NCBI GenBank assembly: GCA_964534625.1
Contig: CAZHRF010000025.1
Coordinates: 1-14,752 of the forward strand
Source of the DNA: an uncultured archaeon
GTDB taxonomy: Archaea; Asgardarchaeota; Heimdallarchaeia; Heimdallarchaeales; Heimdallarchaeaceae
Direction of reading: 5' to 3'
DNA length: 14,752 nucleotides
In this document: in pieces, positions 1-7,152 of the stretch
Numbering within the stretch: the stretch's first letter is position 1
How the letters are laid out: the number at the start of each line of letters is the position of its first letter
Program-made: the position numbers and the translations under genes
Notes under the pieces: model-generated
What the model was told of the DNA's origin: nothing
Databases searched by the model: none
What the model saw: only the letters and a program-made list of their open reading frames with translations

Positions 1-109
1 TGGAGAAGCGATAACCCCTCATAGTACTAGTGATAGTACTATTGCTCTTGATTTTGAGGCTGCTTCGTTGAAACAAGAAACCATCTGCCTTTAGGCAGTG
101 GTAGTTCAT
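1..109 (+). mobile_element. Right end of an IS200/IS605-family element (continues left of the window)
   Basis: GAAA(77-80)-CCATCTGCC-TTTA-GGCAGTGG(81-101, hairpin with one bulged T)-TAGT-TCAT(106-109). It resembles the common IS605-type right end GAAGCCCCNNCCTTTAGGNNGGGGTAGTTCAC. Under the IS608 guide/cleavage pairing scheme (GAAT guide gives TCAA), a GAAA guide predicts a TCAT end, which is what is present. Confidence 0.85.
2..94 (+). CDS. tnpB: 5'-truncated C-terminal tail of a probable TnpB (IS200/IS605 RNA-guided endonuclease)
   Basis: Frame 2 is open from the window edge: GEAITPHSTSDSTIALDFEAASLKQETICL*. The GE...SLKQE..CL* tail with its stop inside the right-end hairpin is typical of TnpB ORFs that run through the omegaRNA. 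No catalytic motifs are inside the window, so a non-autonomous remnant cannot be excluded. Confidence 0.55.
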   Translation, partial: GEAITPHSTSDSTIALDFEAASLKQETICL

Positions 110-136
110 GAATCATCATTACGAAATAATTAAGTT

Positions 137-2164
137 TTAGGCGTTTTTTTCCACAAAAATCTTCTCTACCAATTTATTCAATGTTTCAAAATTGGTTTGT
201 ATGTATGGTTTTAATGTTTTCAGATCAAACACTTCAAACATTTTTACGAGTCTAATCAATTTTTGTTTGTTTTCATCTGTCTTCTGATCTGCCATAAACA
301 TGTATATTATTTCATCTTCGATTACAATTAATATAGAATAGTCTACAAATTTAAACGATTGCACCTCTTTTGTACGAAGAATATTACTTGCAAACATTAA
401 TACTGCTGTTATAAGCCCAGAAAGCAATGTACTTTCCACATCTTTTTTTTCTTCGTTAAAATGAAACTGATACAACGGTATACCAGATTCCTTTTCAATA
501 ATTATGAATGCTTCAGGTTTAGAACTCTTTTTTTGCTCCTTTTGCATTTCTTCATATTGCGCTCCTCCCACAGTATCAATTAATGAATCCAGAGATGTAG
601 TTTGTTGTAAAAGCTCTCCTTCTCTCTCCAGTTTTCTTAAATCGGTATTGATTTGGTTGTCCAATTTCGTGAAACCATATTTATTTGCTATATCTTGAGC
701 TTTAAACAAAGCTTCTTTCGATTCATCAATCTTACTAAATCTGCCATAAATTTTTCCTTTAATATGATATGCCATTGCTTCTACATACGAAAACTCATTT
801 TTACGCCCAAATTCGATTAATTCTTCTAGATAGCCAAATACCTTCGAGAAATCTTCAATTTCTTCCGTATTAAAGAATCTTCTTGTATACAGATCTATTA
901 TCCCAAGCAATGATTCTAATCGTAATTGAAATATAGGTTTGTGTTCAAGTTTTTTCAATGCTTTCTCTAATTGGTTGATGGCTTCATCATATTTTTTTCG
1001 TTTTTTATAAAGTTCAGAAAGGACAATCAAAGTTTTTGCATGATAAATGTCATTTTCGCTTCTATTTGCATATTCTTGTAAATACTGTAAATTTTTCTTT
1101 ATTTCATCTGCAGATAATTTTGCAATGTTTATTCGTACTGACAACAAGAGATAATCAAAATAAATCCCCTTATCAATAATATAGTATTGTTCATCTAACT
1201 CATTTAACACTTTTTTACATTCTTCTATTTTTCCTTGCCTATAGAAAATTTGTCCTAATGTTAAATGTTTTAATCCTAACATTGTATTTGACAGTTCTTG
1301 TTTGGATACTTCTTCAATTACTGCCCTTGCATGATCATATCTTTCAAAAAATGCCAATATACGTGCTTTTAGATATTCTAATTCTATTTGCAATTCTTTA
1401 TTTCGAGCTATTTTTTCATATTCTAATGCTTCATTAATCTTTTCCCCTGCCGTCAGATAATTACCTTTCATCATATCTAGTTTAGCATAATAATAGAGGA
1501 CGATTGTTCCTAACAAAATATCATTTTGGATTTGTGAGATCATCTCTATTAATTCAAGTGTTTCTTCAGCTTTTTCTAAGTTATATACTGCCAAATAATA
1601 ATCCATGATTGCAATTAAATAGTAAATCTGTTGAATACTTAGTTTTGCTACAACAAGCCCTTCTTTATTCACATCTTCTTTCATTTTCAGGAGCATGTTG
1701 GTTCTTAAGCTATTTGTACATTCTCCAGCCTTTACCATGTCTCCTCTCAACAAATGAGTACATAATAATATAAAATGTAATCCTTGCTTATCACCTTCCC
1801 TCGAGAGACTATTTTCAATCTTATACCGTTCAAGAATTAATTCTAGATTAGTTAAATCCCTCTTTCGATAATACACAATAGTATCGGTTTCGCTTTGTTG
1901 GTTAATGGAAAGTTGATCGTTAATTTTCAAATAAACATTTAAATCACTATGTGAAATTAAAATATCAGCTATAAGTTCTTGTACTTTTGTTGGTAGTAAT
2001 GCTATTGTATGTTTTCTTTCACAGACATGTAATACTTTTTGTCTCAGTAATTTTATATCCCCTAGATTTTTTTCTGGAATAAAGAGGAATCGTGCAATGT
2101 CTGCTTTTTCTTCTTTTGAAAATTGATGTCTTTTTTCGTAAGGTAAAGGTAGGGTAGTCTCCAT
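137..2164 (-). CDS. Tetratricopeptide-repeat protein with C-terminal longin-like domain (675 aa)
   Basis: Serial TPR-like helices (YYYAKLDMMKGNYLTAGEKINEAL; LTLGQIFYRQGKIEECKKVL; VLSELYKKRKKYDEAINQLEKAL; HIKGKIYGRFSKIDESKEALFKA). About aa 549-675 has AFIIIEKESGIPLYQFHF...LLSGLITAVLMFA...YSILIV...IIYMFMAD plus helices, the beta-beta-alpha-beta-beta-beta-alpha-alpha pattern of longin domains. Confidence 0.8.
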   Translation of the reverse strand: METTLPLPYEKRHQFSKEEKADIARFLFIPEKNLGDIKLLRQKVLHVCERKHTIALLPTKVQELIADILISHSDLNVYLKINDQLSINQQSETDTIVYYRKRDLTNLELILERYKIENSLSREGDKQGLHFILLCTHLLRGDMVKAGECTNSLRTNMLLKMKEDVNKEGLVVAKLSIQQIYYLIAIMDYYLAVYNLEKAEETLELIEMISQIQNDILLGTIVLYYYAKLDMMKGNYLTAGEKINEALEYEKIARNKELQIELEYLKARILAFFERYDHARAVIEEVSKQELSNTMLGLKHLTLGQIFYRQGKIEECKKVLNELDEQYYIIDKGIYFDYLLLSVRINIAKLSADEIKKNLQYLQEYANRSENDIYHAKTLIVLSELYKKRKKYDEAINQLEKALKKLEHKPIFQLRLESLLGIIDLYTRRFFNTEEIEDFSKVFGYLEELIEFGRKNEFSYVEAMAYHIKGKIYGRFSKIDESKEALFKAQDIANKYGFTKLDNQINTDLRKLEREGELLQQTTSLDSLIDTVGGAQYEEMQKEQKKSSKPEAFIIIEKESGIPLYQFHFNEEKKDVESTLLSGLITAVLMFASNILRTKEVQSFKFVDYSILIVIEDEIIYMFMADQKTDENKQKLIRLVKMFEVFDLKTLKPYIQTNFETLNKLVEKIFVEKNA

Positions 2165-2353
2165 GTATTGCTCATATTCATCGAATAATGTGCTTTTCTT
2201 AAGGATTTTGCTTTTGTCTCCATCTGAAAACCATTTTTGAAAATAACAATAAGACCATCTATCAATGGTACTATATTATTAATTCTCTGCGTTTTTCCAC
2301 AAAAATCGTTATGTCGATATATTTATTATGATGTTACATTTAAAAATTATTGC

Positions 2354-2671
2354 ATGAAAGCTGACGAAGACCCAGATACTAAAACCAAAGAGGAAGGAAC
2401 TAAAAACAAAGAGAAAATTACCTCTAGTGTTAGAGAGATTAAGAATGAATTAAAAAAACTTAATGCACAATGGTCAGATAATATTTGGTTAGTCATTGCT
2501 AGTACAATTTTAGGGTCATTAGCATTTGTTACTGGATTATTTGTTCCATTTGAAGGAACATGGGAACATTGGGTACAAACGATATTTTTTATTATTGCAG
2601 CAGGTTTTATAGTTTTGCCCTTATCATATTTATTTAATCAATTATGGATTTTCCTATTAAAAAAAGAATAA
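2354..2671 (+). CDS. Small hypothetical membrane protein (105 aa; charged/coiled N-terminus, 2 TM helices)
   Basis: In-frame ATG at 2354 within the 2237-2671 ORF, about 26-32 nt downstream of TATA-like TTTATTA (2322-2328). Hydrophobic segments IWLVIASTILGSLAFVTGLFV and VQTIFFIIAAGFIVLPLSYLF. Confidence 0.7.
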   Translation: MKADEDPDTKTKEEGTKNKEKITSSVREIKNELKKLNAQWSDNIWLVIASTILGSLAFVTGLFVPFEGTWEHWVQTIFFIIAAGFIVLPLSYLFNQLWIFLLKKE

Positions 2672-2695
2672 TGGTCGGTTTATTATTACCAATCA

Positions 2696-2718
2696 ATTTT
2701 TTATTTTTAATTTTTTTG
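2696..2718 (+). terminator. Oligo-T tract, probable archaeal terminator
   Basis: TTTTTTATTTTTAATTTTTTT starting about 25 nt after the stop at 2671. Confidence 0.45.
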
Positions 2719-2776
2719 ATGATTAATTTTATTTAATTTATGGACATTTTTAAATTCAGAAAAATTAATAGTTAGC

Positions 2777-2798
2777 TTTATATGTGTTTGTGCACAAA
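2777..2798 (+). promoter_or_regulatory. TATA box followed by a perfect 12-bp palindrome (candidate operator)
   Basis: TTTATATG at 2777-2784, 26-33 nt upstream of ATG 2810 (leaderless geometry); TTTGTGCACAAA at 2787-2798. Confidence 0.55.
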
Positions 2799-2809
2799 AA
2801 CTGAATCAT

Positions 2810-5800
2810 ATGTTAGCTAGGGGACAAAAACAACTATTACTCATATTTTTAATTATCGGTACATCGATTTTATCCGTAAGTTTTTTCTCTTATCAAACTA
2901 AAGGGCTTGATCCCTCTGAACATACTATTGAGGGTACTCTTTATTATACTAAACAAGAAGATATCAGAAAAACATATTCTAAAATTTTTTATGATTCTAA
3001 TGGTGATTATAATATTTTTTTAGTTATGCAATTTTATAATGATTCCTACAACATATATCATATTCAAGATGAAAGAGTGAAAATTCTAACCGCCAGTCGT
3101 AATTTTAGATCAATATCCGACATATATGAAAAAGAGGGGTATGTATATTTTATATACAATAATTATGATTACTCATACGGTAATGTGTTTTATTTAGGAG
3201 AGTATAATCTTTTAAATGGAGAATTTTCATCAAAACATATTAATAATTTGAGCGACCAAGCGTCTAAATACAAAGTTAAGTTTTTTGATGAAAAAGTATG
3301 GTTAATTTTTGCAAGGGGAGACTATGTTAATCCATCGAACACCCGCGTAATAATGCATGAGATTTATTATAATAAAACTATACACAAACAAGAAACTACT
3401 TTACCTTATCCTAATTGGAATTTACAGGATATGACCATAATAAATGATACATTAGTATCTAGCTACAAATTTTATGAATCAACATTTCCAGTAGAAGAAA
3501 CATTCATAATAGTTTCAAAAGAAGATTACCATTATAATGCTTCTGTCTTGCGTCCTTCTCTAGAATATTACAATGTGTTTTTATCAAGTAAAGATGACCA
3601 ACTTTTTTTAGTTGTTTCTCATTATAATACACTCTATAGTAAGTTCTTTTCTTTAAACGATAGTTTAATTATTGATGATTTCACTTCAAAGGTTATAAAT
3701 TTTTACAATCCTGAAAGTATAACCTTTACTTTCTTTGATGATATTACCTATGGAATTGCTCAGACAAGTGAATATTATTTATTAAACGATGATCATGGTT
3801 ATCCATCATATAACCAACAAGGAGAGTACACTGTTAATACCTTTGTTATAAGTTTCACAGACGAATACATAAATAGTGATAGAATTAATATAAAATACTC
3901 AAGTCAGTCTTTTGCAAGTCTTTCATTTGATATGCATATATTCAATACTACTGATTACATTTTTTGTTATTCTACTGCACTATTAGCAAAAAATATTGAT
4001 GATTACAAATTTATTGAGAAAAGAGTGTTTGCGTTACACCTTGGTTCTTCTCTACCCATTCCCCTCCCTAAAGCGCCTTATCTCTATAATATTAATAGTG
4101 TAAATCCTTTTGTGTACTTTTGGTATAAAAATTGGTTGTGGTTTGTGATTCCACTTGGATTATTGGGCTTGCTTTATAGTATTTTTTTCAAGAAAATTAA
4201 TGCTGCGTTTAAAAAGATGAAAGTATATCTTTTACGTCCTATTGTTAGTGGAGTGAGCAAGACACATTTAATACTTATCAACTCATGGTTATTCGTTTCT
4301 AATTCAGCTATTATCATTTTCACTCTGTGGAAAACCAATAAAAAGAAACTTTTCTTGAATTTATTAGGCTTGTCTATTTTAAGCTTAATTTTACTTTCAA
4401 GTGCTACATTAATAGACTCCGAGAAACGTAATGTAATACACTTTTATTTAAACAATGCTAATTTAGGCCATGATGCTACTCTTTCTGCTGGATATTCTAG
4501 GTCCTACTCTTCAGTTGGTTCTAATGTGGTTCAATTAAATACAAACTATACGCAATTAGCAAAAGAAGAGATCAACAATTATATAAGCCAAAACGCACCT
4601 TTTTTTCATTCAACTATTGAGAACATCTATCATTCTGTTAATTTTCATTGTATTATAGGACATGAATCGGTTACTTCTATATCAGAATTTTATTCCATAG
4701 TATTTTACTATACTTCATTACAGCTAGAATTTTCTGATGTTTTTGAAAATTTCATAATTGAAGGAAGAAAACCTACTGAACAAATGGAAGTATTAATACA
4801 TGAACAAATGGCGAATTTATTAAATGTTGAAACAAACGACACAATTAAACTTGCATTAAGTAATAGCAATACTGTCACTCACGACCTAGATACCAAAAAT
4901 TTCACCATTTCAGGAATTTATTCGTTGAATAGAGTAAAACTTGTCAATACTCTTTCGTTACACGATTTACCTAGTGATCATCTCCTCAGATTAACAGGAT
5001 TTTCAGTTTTAACCTTTGATGAATTTTTCTTAAAAAATGTTGAAAATATAACTAAAATGCACACAACAATGACAGGATCTCTTCAATTTCAATATGATTT
5101 TTCAACAATTGATCCTAATAATTTTGTTCTACTCTACCAGCAATATAGTGAGATATTTTTTAATGGAGATCAATCCTTCAGTTTTGATTCTCTTGGTAGA
5201 TGGTCATTAGAAAACGAAATAACGTTTTTGTTTGACAGAATCAATTCTCTGCTCAATATTATCCAATTTTTAATTTACTTCATTAGCATTCCTATTGTCT
5301 TTTTGGCACTTTTTTTAATCAACGAAACAAATCAATTGAATGCAACAAGTATCGAGCAAGAGATGGAGATCTTGCGTTCAAAAGGTCTTTCGGTTGGAAG
5401 GCTTTTATTTATCTATTCAAGCATGAGTATTGCAGAATCATTTATTGCAACGATTTTAGGCTTTACTAGTGCACTATTTCTTACACCAGTTTTAATTAAA
5501 ATTGATACATTTCTGACGTTTAATAATCCGTTAGTAGCCATAGGTTTGGCGCTTGTTCCTGTAACTTTGTTAATTTCCTTTTTTGGTTTAACAATTATTT
5601 CTTTGCCAAGAATTGCTAAATTATCTAAAAAAGGAACGGAAAGAGAAAAACCCCCAAGAAAATTTTGGGAATTTCTTAAGAGATTCAAGTTACATTATAT
5701 TGTAATAATCATCATGGGACTCTTATTTTCCTTTTTCTCCTTTACGATATTAACTATTTTAGGATTTTTGATTTATCTCATCAATCCCGCCTTAGTAATG

Positions 5801-7147
5801 ATATTTGTTTTCCTGATAGGGATAGGCGGTTTAATTGCTTTATTTGGAATCATTATCTTGCTCAAAGATCTACATAAAGCTGTTATCCAGATAATCAGCA
5901 AAATTATGTGGCGAATAAAGAAGAGTTTTACAACTTTAAGTTTTGTAGAAATCAACTCTGATATTAGATTATTCAACAACACATTCCTTACATATATTAT
6001 AGTTGTTTCCATCATCTTTCCATTCATTGTTACACCTTTAACCATTCAACAAAAATATATTGATGAAGCCTATTTCTACAATGGTAGTGATCTTTCGATC
6101 AACAATTGGAATGAGATTTCATCAAACTTTTCAAAAACAGATATTATGGCCATTGATGGTGTTTCAACTGTCTCTAATGTGAGTGAAGTCCGAGTAAATT
6201 ACAATCATCTTCCAATTAATATGCTTATTCTAGACGATCCATCGGAATTTTATCAAGTTGTTAAAAAACCTCCAGATCATTATTATGCTAATTGGAAAGA
6301 GGAAATACAAGCCTTGGAAAGAAACCAAACTATGCTTGTTTCTTCTCAAATGGATGTTTCATTGATTTTTGAAGGAGAAGAGTTTGTGTTCACAAGATCT
6401 TATCTGGGAGAGCAACATGAAAGTACCTTCAAAATAAAAGGTGTATTTGGGTATTTCCCCCTGTTCTACGATGAGGGATTCGTCGAACAAGACACAGATG
6501 AATATACGAGTGAAGATAAATCATTTGCAGCAGTAATGTCTTTTGCTAATTTCAATCAATCTGCAGATGTCTTTATTGTCGCAAGAAAAACCAGTAAATT
6601 GTTAATAAAGACACAGCCATTTGCTAATATGGGACAAGTACAAAGAAATATTGAGAACCTTATTGGACTAAATATTCAGAATGCAAATGAAATGAGTAGA
6701 GAAAATTTGTTTGGTACCATTCCTTTTTATTTTGTTATAGTTGCTGCATTTTCGCTATCCATCTTCATATGTTTAATAGCCATTGTTTATACGAGTGCAA
6801 GCAATCCCATTAAACTATTACAAGCTAAAATGGTGAAGCATGATATTTTGAAAAAGATGGGAGTACCTACAAAGAAAATAATTTTACTTTCTGCTATGGA
6901 ACTATTTTTCTCTTGTCTATTACCAGGTCTTGCATTAGGAGGATTCTTAGGATATCAATTAATGCGCTTTTTCAATTTCATCTTCATAGATCTGACTTCA
7001 TACAATGCGGTTTTACCTTATAAAATACAAGTACCCATCGTATTGACTATAGCAATTTTCGTTGGAATACCGATTATCTATTATTCGATTTTCTTCCTAA
7101 CGATGAAAATGAATTTCTATAAATATAGACCAAGAAATCTGGAGTGA
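2810..7147 (+). CDS. Giant FtsX/MacB-family (type VII) ABC transporter permease with two FtsX repeats and an N-terminal extracellular extension (1445 aa)
   Basis: N-terminal signal/TM, about 400 aa hydrophilic Y/N/F-rich region, TM at about aa 438-460, MacB-type TM1 (KKKLFLNLLGLSILSLILL), MacB extracytoplasmic motif IIEGRKP..EVLI...ANLLNV..NDTI...FTISGIY, FtsX coupling motifs EQEMEILRSKGLS and KHDILKKMGVP, a second extracytoplasmic domain (GSDL...IDGVSTVS...FKIKGVFGYFP) and multiple TM helices. Confidence 0.88.
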   Translation: MLARGQKQLLLIFLIIGTSILSVSFFSYQTKGLDPSEHTIEGTLYYTKQEDIRKTYSKIFYDSNGDYNIFLVMQFYNDSYNIYHIQDERVKILTASRNFRSISDIYEKEGYVYFIYNNYDYSYGNVFYLGEYNLLNGEFSSKHINNLSDQASKYKVKFFDEKVWLIFARGDYVNPSNTRVIMHEIYYNKTIHKQETTLPYPNWNLQDMTIINDTLVSSYKFYESTFPVEETFIIVSKEDYHYNASVLRPSLEYYNVFLSSKDDQLFLVVSHYNTLYSKFFSLNDSLIIDDFTSKVINFYNPESITFTFFDDITYGIAQTSEYYLLNDDHGYPSYNQQGEYTVNTFVISFTDEYINSDRINIKYSSQSFASLSFDMHIFNTTDYIFCYSTALLAKNIDDYKFIEKRVFALHLGSSLPIPLPKAPYLYNINSVNPFVYFWYKNWLWFVIPLGLLGLLYSIFFKKINAAFKKMKVYLLRPIVSGVSKTHLILINSWLFVSNSAIIIFTLWKTNKKKLFLNLLGLSILSLILLSSATLIDSEKRNVIHFYLNNANLGHDATLSAGYSRSYSSVGSNVVQLNTNYTQLAKEEINNYISQNAPFFHSTIENIYHSVNFHCIIGHESVTSISEFYSIVFYYTSLQLEFSDVFENFIIEGRKPTEQMEVLIHEQMANLLNVETNDTIKLALSNSNTVTHDLDTKNFTISGIYSLNRVKLVNTLSLHDLPSDHLLRLTGFSVLTFDEFFLKNVENITKMHTTMTGSLQFQYDFSTIDPNNFVLLYQQYSEIFFNGDQSFSFDSLGRWSLENEITFLFDRINSLLNIIQFLIYFISIPIVFLALFLINETNQLNATSIEQEMEILRSKGLSVGRLLFIYSSMSIAESFIATILGFTSALFLTPVLIKIDTFLTFNNPLVAIGLALVPVTLLISFFGLTIISLPRIAKLSKKGTEREKPPRKFWEFLKRFKLHYIVIIIMGLLFSFFSFTILTILGFLIYLINPALVMIFVFLIGIGGLIALFGIIILLKDLHKAVIQIISKIMWRIKKSFTTLSFVEINSDIRLFNNTFLTYIIVVSIIFPFIVTPLTIQQKYIDEAYFYNGSDLSINNWNEISSNFSKTDIMAIDGVSTVSNVSEVRVNYNHLPINMLILDDPSEFYQVVKKPPDHYYANWKEEIQALERNQTMLVSSQMDVSLIFEGEEFVFTRSYLGEQHESTFKIKGVFGYFPLFYDEGFVEQDTDEYTSEDKSFAAVMSFANFNQSADVFIVARKTSKLLIKTQPFANMGQVQRNIENLIGLNIQNANEMSRENLFGTIPFYFVIVAAFSLSIFICLIAIVYTSASNPIKLLQAKMVKHDILKKMGVPTKKIILLSAMELFFSCLLPGLALGGFLGYQLMRFFNFIFIDLTSYNAVLPYKIQVPIVLTIAIFVGIPIIYYSIFFLTMKMNFYKYRPRNLE

Positions 7148-7148
7148 T
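7141..7148 (+). promoter_or_regulatory. Shine-Dalgarno-like site overlapping the permease stop codon (translational coupling)
   Basis: GGAGTGAT contains the TGA stop (7145-7147) and lies 4 nt before ATG 7153. Confidence 0.6.
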
Positions 7149-7152
7149 AAAA

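Larger units (their letters stand above)
1..125 (+). ncRNA. Putative TnpB omegaRNA (reRNA): 3' scaffold plus flanking guide (about 110-125, GAATCATCATTACGAA)
   Basis: Nested stems: TGGAG(1-5)/CTTCG(63-67) with G-U pairs, CCTC(17-20)/GAGG(56-59), perfect ATAGTACTA(21-29)/TAGTACTAT(34-42), then a TTGAAACAAGAA linker and the terminal hairpin 81-101. Guide length is assumed from characterised TnpB systems. Confidence 0.6.

Noticed and set aside
110-125. Possible in-window target of the predicted guide (GAATCAT at 2803-2809)
   Set aside because: Only a 7-nt match with no TTAT-like TAM 5' of it; expected by chance.
504-698. 64-aa + strand ORF
   Set aside because: Antisense shadow inside the TPR-longin gene; no recognisable motifs.
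2062-2265. 67-aa - strand ORF
   Set aside because: Overlaps the TPR gene start in another frame; no motif and no evidence for a frameshifted N-terminus.
2237-2353. N-terminal 39-aa extension of the 144-aa ORF (TTG start)
   Set aside because: Runs through promoter-like AT-rich DNA; ATG 2354 fits TATA spacing better.
5413-6045. Two - strand ORFs (91 and 90 aa)
   Set aside because: Antisense to TM-coding segments of the permease, a common artefact.
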